The notes under the pieces: generated by a model
The model's database searches: none
What the model saw: the letters and a program-made list of their open reading frames with translations, nothing else
Told to the model about the DNA's origin: nothing
NCBI GenBank assembly: GCA_030390025.1
Contig: CM059434.1
Span: 85,126,001 to 85,190,000, forward strand
Direction of reading: 5' to 3'
Source of the DNA: Squalus acanthias
Taxonomy: Eukaryota
DNA length: 64,000 nt
Made by a program: the position numbers and the translations under genes
Shown here: positions 1 through 12,500 of the stretch, piece after piece
Position numbering within the stretch: the first letter of the stretch is position 1
How the letters are laid out: each line of letters starts with the position of its first letter

Positions 1-348
1 CGAAGCTCCACTCTTGGCACAAACCTCCCTCGACAAAGGCCTGGGGTGAAAATTCAGGAGCCACCATGAATCGGGCTTGTGGACTTTCTACAACCTGCGC
101 TCCTGTTGAGTGAGGCTCTGGGGCAGGGAGCAGAACCTGGAAAACGGCACCTCGCAAATCTATCTTGATTTTCTAATAGGTGGGGAACATGGAGAGTGGA
201 TAGTTTCTTTTTTAAATCTAGAAGTGTGAGGCACTCTCAGAAAGACTTTTTCCATATTCAAAATTCCAGTCGTCTTAAAGCCTAGTCTTTTGACTAGTTG
301 TTCACAACCCAGTTATTAGGCGCACGTCTGAATCTCCATAGTACTTAC

Positions 349-550
349 ATACTCCTTATGAGGGACAATTTTTTTCTCAAAACCACACACCAACGCACTA
401 CTTATTAGGCCGTCTGTCTGTAAAGTGTACTTTTCTGGTGCAAAGGGCAGGCTTGGCTGGACATCTTGGCTTGTAAATTTCATCTGTGCCATGATATGGG
501 CGACAAAATTAATTTTGACAGGTAGACTTCTCAGGCTTTCATTAATTAAG
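349..550 (-). CDS. PIK3C2G: PIK3C2G exon, kinase C-terminus and PX start ([25 protein letters not shown]...PHKEY)
   Basis: Acceptor ctacag|C, donor TAT|gtaagt, 202 nt. Confidence 0.94.
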
Positions 551-3500
551 CTGTAGGTGAAAGAAATCAATTTCACTGGTCAGTGTCATAGAAAGTTAAA
601 CATGGTCAACACTCAATAAACATTTTCAGCTATACAGGAAGAACATTTCCCACAGCACTGGCATGGATTTTACTTCCGTTAGTTATGCATTGTGCCTTCA
701 GCTGAATTTTATGTATTCTGTTCAGTGATGTCAATGATGGATAAATATTAATCTGTTGCATTGACTCCTGTTCAGTGGAGAGACTAAGTTGCAAATGGCC
801 TTGCACAGATTACTACAAATCCTGCATTTGCTGCAATCGAGTTTAAGATCTCAATTTTCAGTGGTAGATTACGCCAAAGCTCAGAAGAACACCACTTACT
901 AGACACCCAGTAGTAAGTGGTTAACATATTACAATCAATTCAAAATATATATGGTAAATGGAAGGAAGGCTGCCTGTCCTGTTGTAGTTGACTGGGTCCT
1001 TGATGAATCTGCATTAAACACATCAGGACTGAATCTGTGGGTAGGGCATTTCAGCTACAGAAGAGTTGCAAATGGCTCTTCACCCATGATTGATCACCCC
1101 TGCAATATAGATCACGTTAAAATGTATTGATCGTGATTTTTACAGCAATGGAAATGTAATATTTAGCCCTTAGTTATCACTGCATTTCCTCGGTTTGCTC
1201 TTATACAGAAGGCTCCACTTAGTAACAGGCTGCTGCATATTCCAGTTAGCGTACTTGAGTCCCAATGATTCAGTTCTGCTTAGACAGTTCTCTGTAAACA
1301 AAACTTGACTGTAAAGCATGAATTTGCATAATCCACGTCTTTGCAACATTTATCTTTTGCATATTTCTCAGCATTCCTTCTTCATATGCCTAACTGATTT
1401 GAGGGGATTCCTGTCATGTGATCCTAGAAAACCTGGGCACACGGTCCCAGTTATTTACCATTTTCTTTGCTCCATTTATCTGCCATTTTACCGCGTTAAT
1501 TATAAAGCTTACTGGTTATGCGGTTCTGTAATTAGCTTGGCGGCCTATGGTACAAACTCATTTTATTAACAGTATCAGAGTTGAATTTAGACACATAACG
1601 AGCTGGGATTAGCAGGAAAGTAAAATGGGAAAACTAAAAGCTCAGCTTTCAACCTTGTGAAGTAAGAGGTGGCTTGTGCATCAGAGTCCTTTGGCCGCAA
1701 GTTATTGTAAACATACTTCAGGTCCTGGACTTCAGCCAGCTCAGGAAGTCCGGCTGACAGCATCTGAAGCAGACAAGAATGGAAGGTCTGTTATTATTAA
1801 ATTAGAGTCAGTGTCACAAACACTAATTACAGACAACGCCACTTCGGTGCACACAGTGGCTCATGGGATGCTGGAATTATGCCATTTTGCTCTTCTGCTG
1901 CAGAAAGGTGTCCAGGGCCTTCATTTGTTTGGCCTGATCTCGATCCATGAATCTTTATTATTCTTAGCGCCTGGTGGGGCCTGAACATTGGGCCAGAACT
2001 TGCTGGAGCGGGACATCTCGTGGCGTGCGCCATTAGTTAGACTTTTCCTGCACCCTTCAGCTCGAATATAATTTGCGCGAGGGCAATGGGGCATCTTGGA
2101 CCTCAGTGAATGAGGGGACTAACAGGATATCTCCTTAACCAATGAGATTTAAGGATTGAGAAAGAAACAGAGGAACAACAGGGAAGGGGGTGAGTTAGAG
2201 TTAAATCAGGTGCAGAAAGAGAAATAAAGCGAGGGAAAGAAAGATTGGAGTAAGAGAGAGAACATTTCCAATAATAATTTACTACCTGAAGGAACGAGAC
2301 TCCACTGTTTAAAGTATTCACTTTCTGGGCCAGAGAGATTGATTGGCAGTCATTAACAATTATCACGTTGTTAATTACTAGACTTAACTTTCTGCAGCGA
2401 GTTTAATGGATAATTAATGTGCAAATCCAGCAAGTTCTTAAGGGGAGGCGAAGCGCGAGATGCCTTTTGTGGAAAGCAAATAGCGGAGCAGTGTAAATCG
2501 AGCAGCAAGTTCTGGAGATTTGCAAGTCATGGCACATCTCTTAATCCCATGAATTTGCTGTTCGATTTGCACATTAATAACACCATGTGTCGTTCACACG
2601 CCATTATTTTTTTCAAGCAAGTTCTGGTCCAGTAACACCACTTAAAATGAATACTTCTCTTCTCTGCCTCACCTTCATTCTGGAAACGTAACCGTATTCA
2701 CTTATTTGGAGAAGGAATTCAGGGTGACCTTGGGGTTGAGTTAGCTACAAGATTAATACGTCTGTTAATGGGAGATTAGTACAATCCTCTGTGGCAGACT
2801 TGGTAGTCCCATGCCTGTGCCAGGTGGGACACAAATACTCCCAAGTCTGGTTCACTGTTAGGACCTGGAAGGGTAGACCTGTCCTCAGGGCCTGGGATTC
2901 TTCCCACTCGGCTTCTGATAATCCGGCAGGCCAATGTTGTATTGGGCAGGATCGTCCTAACTGGACAAACAGTGGGAAGCTTACCAATGCTGTTTTAGCC
3001 CATGAAATTTCAGTAGTATGTGCACTCTTGGGAGTCCTTAAGGCTTGGCTGTTGGTCTTGGCACCTATGTTTAGGTAAGCAAGCTGCGACCCTATGGGAA
3101 CAGAGTGCACAGACCATATCGGGCAAATGGAAAGTCTACTTATGTAAAAGTCTCTGTAAGTTGCTTTGGAGACGTTTGAGAATGGTAATGGGTTCCATGT
3201 GTGTCAGACACCTGGCTGACCAAAATATAATGTCATGGTCATGTTACTGACACTCTTGCTGGCTGACTCTCCCCGGTGTACGAGAACACTGATGAGCTGC
3301 TGCACATAGTAGCTGGAAAGTCTGCCTTCCTGTAGCACAAAAGTGAGAAGTTACACAATGCCAGGTTATAGTCCAACAGCTTTATTTGAAATCACAAGCT
3401 TTCGGAGCGCTGCTCCTTCGTCAGGTGAAGTGAAGAAATACAAATGGCCCATTTGTATTTCTTCACTTCACCTGACGAAGGAGCAGCGCTCCGAAAGCTT

Positions 3501-6500
3501 GTGATTTCAAATAAAGCTGTTGGACTATAACCTGGCATTGTGTAACTTCTCACTTTTGTCCACCCCAGTCCAACACCGGCATCTCCGCATCATTCCTGTA
3601 GCACATGGGAGCAGGATGTTAGCCTATCACAGTGCTAGTACAAACCTAGATACAAGACTTTCTTTCTGTCTTCCACTATTGCTAACATTTGTAGTCTCTG
3701 CAAGCATAACTGGCGTGCTGAAGCAGAGCTTTTGCTTTGCTTTGATGGCCATGCTGAGGCTGGCAGGGGTGGAAAATAGGACGGAGAAATCAGAAAAATA
3801 CCTGAATATCTGTTTGATAGTCACAGTATTGGTGAAGAAAAATGTATCCAGCTGGGATCCATTCATTCTTGATTTTTGGTCTTTGAGTAACGCTGACACC
3901 ACCGTTCAGTCCGTAAGGGTGACCCCGAGCTTCCCGTCGCCTGTCACTTTAATTCTCCGCTTCACTCCCACTCTGATCTCTCTGTCCTCGGCCTCTTATA
4001 TTGTTCCAATGAAGCTCAACGTAAGCTCGAGGAACAGCACCTCATCTTTCGATTAGGCACTTTACAGCTTTCTGGACTCAACATCGAGTTCAACAATTTC
4101 AGACTATAACCCCTGCCCCCATTTTTCAGGTTGTATGATTCTGCCATCCCCATCTGCAACATTTTATCTTTCCTGCCTCCTACCTTAGCACAGAATGTTC
4201 CTTCAGTTCCTTCCTTCCCCCCTCTCCCTGCCTCTGCACTTGCTTAAAATCTGTTACATCTCCAGCTTTTTCCAGTTCTGACGAAGGGTCATCGACCTGA
4301 AATGTTAACTCTGTTTCTCTCTCCACGGATGCTGCCTGGCCTGCTGAGTGTTTCCAGCATTTTCGGTTGTTATTCCAGCTCTCAGCTATTGTTTGTAAGA
4401 GGCTATATATAGAGTTTGGGCTTCATTTAAACATTGCAGGTGGCAAACGGGTGCCCACTGCTGCTCGTTGCTTGTGGGAGGGTGGGAAACGAGCTGGCTC
4501 GCCAGCTGACAGGTTGGATGTTGCGGAGGGGATGAGGCGATCCCAGGGGTGGGGAAAGGGGAGGGGATGGTCTTGAATGGGCCAGCAGTGGGCCAGTGTT
4601 TTTAAGTTGGCCCTGGAGGAGAACAAAAATAAAAAAACATTTCCTGGGCACTTTTTTAAGCAGCCCCGTAAAGGACCATTGGTTAGGACACCCGAGGCCT
4701 GGTACAGCACACTCCACCCATTTGTACCTGAAATCAGGGTCCTACTACTGGTGTAGGACCCCGATTTCCATAGTTAAGCAGCCTTACGCCCGTTTGCCCC
4801 TTACAAGCCCATTTGAAAATTGCATCGGGTGGGCCTTGGGTATCAATGGGGCAACAGGTTACACCTAATTATCAGCTGCCAGCCCCTCGTTTTTCAGCCG
4901 AGAAGTGGGTGGCAGTGAGTTGAAAATCTCCCCATGTTTATTTTGATTGTTCAGTGGAAAGTTGGGGAGTCCAGTGCTCTGGTCTGGAGCTCCATCTATC
5001 CCCGTCCTTCCCAGCTTCCTCCTCCCCTCTCCCCAGTTATACAGACTAGCAGACCTGCATTGCGGCCGCCAGGTGGTTGAACCTGCACCCTCGTGCCAGG
5101 TCCAATAACATGTTTGCGTCCCAAACATTGCCCAGTGTTTTTAACAAACCGACCTAGGCTACTAAACAATTGAGGCCTGAAATTCCCAGGGCCCGCACCA
5201 TCGGAGTAGAACAAGTCTGCACTTGTCCATAAGGACAGCCACCACCTCCCAAATTGTGGGGCGGGGTCATTTGAATGGCCAGGTAAGGCACATCGCACCT
5301 GCAAGAGCAATTCGGAGGTGACCACCTTGAACCACTGTTCAGAATGCCGGAGTAGCGCCATCTCTCTGTCGGTGGACAGCAGGCCTGGTAAGGCCCAAAG
5401 AACATTTCTTCTTAGGCCTGGAAGTTTCCCTCCGCTGCGGTAACTTTGCCGGAAGTAAACGGGGCTTCCGCTGCACTTCCAGTGAATTTACGGCGGTGGA
5501 ACGGGAGCAGCTCCGAGGAAATTCCCAGCTTTAGTCTTTTGCTCCTTAGGCAAGATATCGATCCCGGCTTCTCCCCAGTAAAGGCTTCTAAGGCCATTAG
5601 CATGACTCCTGTCAGCTCACAGGTGCCATGAATTCCCCTGATGTCTTAGGTAGAATGGGCAGAATCTCCAAGGGTGGCCCGGGAACTCCCCAGACATGCC
5701 CCCTCGCATGTGGGGGAGCACAGGTGGAAGAACCTAATACCACAATTTAAAGGGACCTTTAAACATGGAGGAATTCTGCCCCAAATTCCTGCCCTCCCCA
5801 CACCCAGGCAGAAATCTTCTTCTCCATGCTCCCTGAACCCAGGAATTTTGAGGACCTTGATATTTCAAACTCAACAACTCTCTTACCAGCTCCAGCAGAT
5901 TCATCAAGAGCTGAGTGTGTTGTCGGATGATGTTGTATGCCAGACAGCTCAGGTCCACAAACCTCTGGAAACGAGCCCCATCTTTTCCACCTTCTGTGAT
6001 GAAATGCTCCATTTCAGAAGTAAATATAAAAGGAGCGCGATCCCTGGTTGAAACCATGGACAAACACTCATTAATTAAAAAAGGTGCAGGCATTACCTTA
6101 ATGAATAAAAATTATACATTTTGATATAATAAAAGAGCTTGCGCCTTTCACAACCTCAGGATGTCCCGAAACGCTTTACAGGCAATGAAGCACTTTTTGA
6201 AGTGTAGTCAGTGTTGTAATGTAGGAAACACAGCAGCAATATCCTACAAACAGCAACGTGATAAATGACCAGATAATCTGTTTTAATGATGTTGGTTGAG
6301 GGATAAATATCAGCGAAGACACCAGGAGAACTCCCCTACTCTTCTTCGAATCGTGCCCATGGAACTTTTATGTCTGAGAGGCCAGATGGTGCCTCGATAC
6401 TGCACTGGACTACCAGACAATATTTTGTGCTCAAGTCGCTAGAGTGGGACTTAAACCCATGACCTTCTGACTCAGAGGCGAGAATGCTACCAGTGAGCCA

Positions 6501-9500
6501 CGGTTAATACCTGGCAGTTCGAGGTATTCTAAAGAATGTGTTAATCGCACTAACCTTTTCATGCTCCCAATCATCTGAGCATGCCCCAAAAACTTTCCAA
6601 AGTCTATGTGGAACATGTGGCCTGTGGTTTTCAGCATAATGTTGTCATTGTGACGATCGCAGATACCCAGAATAAAAGTAGCAACACACCAGCCCGCACA
6701 GGAGTTGATAAAGTTTTCCACAGCCTAGTCAACAAAAAAAAAAAACAATAAATATATGAAGCGACATGAACATTAAACCGGGTAAATGTAGCTGGACAGT
6801 TCTTGGTACAAAACCCCCATCACGGTATATAGAACTTTCCCGTGCGAGACTCGTTCTAGCAGCACGTCTGGGCTGCAACCCGAAGGTCAACCTGCTGGGA
6901 CTCGCTAAAACCGGCTAAAAAAAAAGCAACTGGCCTTTCCATCCATTAGCTTGAGCCACTGCAAGTGTGAGACTCGTGTGACAGGAACCAGTGGTGCCAG
7001 CATTGGGACTCACATAGTATCAATAGTCTCCGTTTTATTTTAGCACGATTACTGTCATCACCGATAGTAACATCTGTTACAATATGCACAAACTCGAGGA
7101 CTTTAAACATTCCCTCTCCAGTCCTTTTAAATGATTATTTGAAAGAGCAAACTAACCTGACAACCTATGGGAATAGCCAATTATTTCCGACTAACCTGCT
7201 GTCAGTCTTGGTTCAGTGGGTAGCACTCTCACCTCTAAGTCACAAGGTTGTGGGTTCAAGTCCCGCTCCGTGAGACTGGAGCACATAATCCAGGCTGACA
7301 CTTCAATGCAGTACTGAGGGAGCGCTGCACTGTCAGAAGTGCCGTCTTTCAGATGAAATGTTAAACTGAGGCTCCCTCTGCCCTCTCAGGTGGTGTAGAA
7401 GATCCCATGGTACTATTTTCAAAGAAGAGCAGGGGAGTTGTCCGCGTCAATATTTATCTCTCAACCAACATCACAAACAGATTATCTGGTCATTCTCTCA
7501 TTGCTGTTTGTGGGACCTTGCTGTGCGCAAATTGGCTGCCACATTTCCTACATTACAACAGTGACTACACTTCAAAAGTACTTCATTGGATTTAAAACGT
7601 TTTGGGACGTGCGGAGGTTGTGAAAGGTGCTATTGAAATGCCAGTTCTTTCTTTACTGGAATTTTTTATTTTTGGGACACTGCTGTGGTTCACTTTTCTT
7701 GCCAATGCTGTTCTTCACTCTGTCCTTTCAGGCTCTGGGTAGGGGTGTGTGGGAGGCAAGGGGAAGTGCCAGACACTGTCATTCCGCAGCTGGCAGAGTG
7801 ATTGCCTTTTGTTAACTTAGCTTTTTAAAAAAAAAAAGTCAACTCATCACAATCATTTGAGTGTGTGTGGTGCTCGGTCACCCGCTCTTCAAATCAGTAC
7901 AAGCAACTGAAAGAACTGGGCTCTCCCCGTTCACGCGCATGTGTAAATGTGGTGGCACTATTGAACTCGCACAACCAAAATTCACTCCTTTGGGTAACTA
8001 ATCACTGCCTTTATTGGAACACCTATCAAATGTCAGCCACCAATAGTGACCAAGATCCATGTGAGAATTAAAGATTACAACTGAATAGGACCATTCATTT
8101 GAGCATAATACTTTCGCCAGTGTTGCTCATTGTAACTCGCTAGCTCGGATTTTCAATCAACCTCATTATAAAACATTTTATGAAATCCTTTGTTGACTCC
8201 TCAGATAGATGAAAAATTGTAATGTTTTACAATATACTGGACAGGTATAGTTCAACAGTTCTAATTGACAATAGATATTGGGCCAGTCAGAAATAGGTTG
8301 AACATTCTCCAGTAGAAAAATGTACTGTTTTATTATTATTTTTTTTAGGAAAATTCAGCAACTTAAGGCTGATATCAAAGAACAATTTGTTGGGAATGGC
8401 AAATACATCAGAAAACATGGAACAAGAAAAGACCATTTGGCCCATCAACGTTCTACCCCACCTATTTCATGTTCTGAGGGAAACTTCTGCATAAATACCC
8501 TCTGCTCCCCAAAGATTATCAAGCAAAATTTCTAGAATATTCTTCCATCCGAACATCTCTACTATTTGAACGTAACCTGTTGCCCTTTACTGACAACATT
8601 CTGTCTCAAGACCCAGTCTCTGTCTCTACTTATCAACGCAATTTGTATTTATATAGCTAGTGCCTTTAACGTAGTAAAAAATGTCCCAAGGCGCTTTACA
8701 GGAGCGCTATTAGACAAAAATTTTCACCGAACCACATAAAGAGATATTAGGATAGGTGATCAAAAGCTTGGCAAAAAAGGGGTAAGTTTTAAGGAGCGAC
8801 TTAAAGGATGAAAGAGAGGTAGCGAGGCGGAGAGGTTTAGGGAGGGAATTCCAGAGTGTAGGGCCTAGGCAGCTGAAGGGACGGCTGCTAATGGCGGAGC
8901 GATGAAAATCGGGGTTGCTTATAATCCTGTTCAAAGAAAGTGCATTTAAATGGCATTTTTCATGACCTCATGAAGTCCCAAAACATATCATGACCAATGA
9001 CTTTCTAAGTGTAGTCACTGCTGTTATGTAGGCAAATGGAGCAGCCAACATTGCGCACAGCAAGGTCCCACAAAAAGCAATGAGGTAACTGTTAATTAAT
9101 ATGTTTTGGTGATGTTGGTTGAGGGATAAATATTGGCCAGGATACCTGCTTTTCTTTGAATTGTGTCATAGGATCTTTTACGTCCACTTGAATAAGCAGA
9201 CGTCTGTTTAATGTCTCATCTCAAAGTCAGTTGATCAACCAAATATTTATCCAGCTACTTTCTGAAGGAGTTAAGTGACTGCTTTTGCAGAGAGTCTGTT
9301 TCACATATACAACCTTAAATATACAGGAAGCCACATGAGAAGAGATTGTAAATTAGGACTCTACTTCGTGTTGTAGCCCTAAACCTCAAACGCAGGCCCC
9401 TGCGGGGGGTGCCGGAATGGTGAGTTTACTCAATGGTACTCTGTGACTGGAAAAAGTTTGTTCTATCTCTAATCTTACTTGAGGTTAGTTAATTTTAAAC

Positions 9501-12500
9501 CTGCACTTAGTTCTTCCCTTCAGTCTACGTCAAATAACTTGTTCACATCTCCATCATCAGATTCTCAGCATCTTAAAGGCCTAAATCATAATTGCCATCA
9601 ATCTGCTTTGCTGAAATGAAAATAAGATGGACTTCATGAAACTCTTCACAATTTGAAGACATCCTTGTAACTCTTCAAACACTTTAGAACACATCAATGT
9701 CCTTTGAAGGTAGAAATGACAGCTTCAATCCAAGGTCTGCTCTGATCTAGTGTAAGTTCCCTTCACTGTTCAATATGCTACAAATAGTAAAGGGTGAGAG
9801 GAATCAGAGAGAGCAGTGAAAGCAGCATTAAACAACCTGAGCAGACTGAGATTAGCTCCCAGATCTCTGGTTATATAATGGGAAGATACTTAACAGAAGG
9901 GGAGCGTAGCCCAATGTTTCGCTCATGAAAAAAACTTTTAATTAAAGCTCACATTTCTGTGCAACTCTTTGGTGGGGTTGTGTTCCTGGAACCATTTTGA
10001 AAGAATGTTTTCCTTGAGTGGCCCGATAATACCATGTTTCATATGGATCTTGGCGAGTGTCGTAGCACCAGGTACCATCTCCACCAGTCCTGCAAGAAGT
10101 CCAGTAACTTGAATGTAGCAGCGCAAAAACGCCATGCACATGTTGAATTGCTTTAACTTGCATTAAGTCCACTACTTGACATAACCACACAACAGTATTC
10201 AATATATGTGGTGAATTTTCATCATGACTTACTTTACAGTAAGTTGCTTATTGAAAGATAGTATAATTTTATATAATTGCTGTTAACCGTATACACGTGC
10301 TCTCATCTGCTTCAAGCTGTTGACACTTGCAGAGTAATTGCTGGTTAAGTTTTGGGGTGCAAACATATGGGCCGGATTTTGCGACCCCCACGGGTGCATA
10401 CGAGGTGTGTACGCGCCCGTTGGGGCCTCACAAGTGCCGGTTTCACGCCTGCCCGGGAGAAGGGCCTCCGCGGGCAGAGAGTTCCACTTTCTGCACAACC
10501 TCCGCCCGCTGAAAACCTTTAAAAATCTTACGCCTGGTAAAAGCCTGCGTAAGGCCTGCTTTTACCAGCATAAGAGTTTAAAAAAATAAAAAAATAATTT
10601 TTTCCCCCCCACTCATTTATAATTTAAAAATACTTTTAAAAAAAGTTTATTTTTAGCTCCGTAAAAAACTTCAATTTTTTTAAAAATTAAACTTTTGTTT
10701 AAAATATTTAATGTAATTTTAACTAATTTTAAATATGGTGATGTTTTAAAAAAAATGTATTTAATGTTTAACTGTTTTAAGTGATCCCCATTCATACTTT
10801 TGACAGATCTGTGCATAGAAACCTGTCAAAAGTGTGATGGGGGATTCCCTTCTTTGATTGGTTCCCCATGGCCCAAGTGATCCCAGGGATGCTTGCGAAC
10901 CGCATGCGCCCTGGGATACCTGGGCCTCTGAGCATTTCGTAGAGCAGAGGCCCAGGATCGGAAGTCTCGGGACCTACGGAGCCAGCAGGTAAGTGTGTAG
11001 ATTTTTTCCGATCGGAGGCATCCGCCCGTAGGAAGCCTCTGATCGGAAATTCAGGGTTGGCTTCTTCCCAGTTCTGATGAAAGGTCATCGACCTGAAACG
11101 TCAACTCTCTTTCTCTCTCCACGGATGCTGCCTGGCCTGCTGAGTTTTTCCAGCGTTTTCTGTTGTTATTTCTTCAAATGTGGTGTTGGAGATGCTGACA
11201 TGACATTCTAGTTATAAACACTTGAATAACCACCAAATACTGTGAGCAACTCTATTAGAGTGAGTACTAGGTCTTCAAAAAACAATGCTGGGGCAGAAAT
11301 ATAACCTACTCATTACTGTAACTTAGGGATTAAACTCTTTTTAATATGATTTAGTAATCAAAACAATATGCTGTAGCACAGACCTCTCCCCCTTCCTGTT
11401 GATGTGCACCTGTAGATGATCATGCTCATATTCAGCCCCTCCTGGCACCAGATCCTGTCCATTACTTTAACGATCTGCAGAACGAGCATGTCCTGTCGAA
11501 GGTCGTCTCCTGACTGGAAGGAGGGAACGTTCCAAACCAATTAGTTCAAAAGTCCAGTAAGAATGTAGTAGATCCCCCCCATTGCATTGCTCTTGGGGGA
11601 GTTGAAGCATGCATAGTTTAATAACAATAGCATTTGTCAATAACAAAGGAGTGTGACAGGAAAGTGTTTTAGGAAGTAGGTGAGACACTTACAGGAAGTG
11701 CACGCTAGATGCAAGACCTTTAATGTTACTGGTAGATCTCCTGTCGCATTACAGCGAGTTGAAGGAGATGTTGTTCTGTAACAATAGAGGTATTATCAAA
11801 AAGTAAGACTGGGTAAGTGTTACAGGATTCAAGTGTAACAGTCACAGGAAGTGTATGCTTTACACAACATTTTTAATGTATTACCGCAGACAGGAAGTGT
11901 GTGCAAACACAAGATTTTAATATTTTCCTTTCTAAATTCCTACATCCACATTTATAACTGAAACTGCCTATGAAAACTTATCACGCTGTAATGACACCCT
12001 GCCTTCAGTCAAGGTGCTGCAATGCCACCATTTGTGGGAGGGTGTAATTACAACATGACAAGTTTACACAGAGTTTTTCCATTATAAATGTGGACAAAGG
12101 AATTTATAATGGAAATATAAAATCTAGGACAGAATATTTAACTTTAAAATGGGCATTGTATTAAGTCTGTGCACCTGGTTCAAATATCCTTTGGCCTCTA
12201 GCCATGCTTTACTTGAAGATTTAAGTCATGACTCCCGTTTGCAACATCATGGAAAATTAACTTTCTTTTATATAAAAATATTCAGAGTTGTGTTTTCTTT
12301 CAGTGTACAGAATACTAAATTGGATTTTTAAAGTGAAATAAGTTAGCCTACATTTTTATAGTGGGGGGTGGGGGGAGGATCTTTGGGTTTCTCTTTGGTC
12401 AGGGAACCCTGCACACGGGCCTTGGTTGTTGGGATAATGATCTTTGTCTTCAACATTGCAAGTACCAGAATTTCAGGCTCCAAGTGAAACATGAAAAACA

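Noticed and set aside
1-300. Next PIK3C2G PX-domain exon
   Set aside because: I found no convincing splice sites or PX-like translation. The next exon probably lies beyond the window start.
3520-4056. 178-aa ORF
   Set aside because: It spans a PLE palindrome arm, unique intron and an off-frame Penelope fragment, so it is a chimeric chance ORF.
7203-7275. tRNA genes here and near 14345, 15540, 16560 and 29758
   Set aside because: The A/B boxes continue directly into a shared SINE body and tail, so these are SINE heads.
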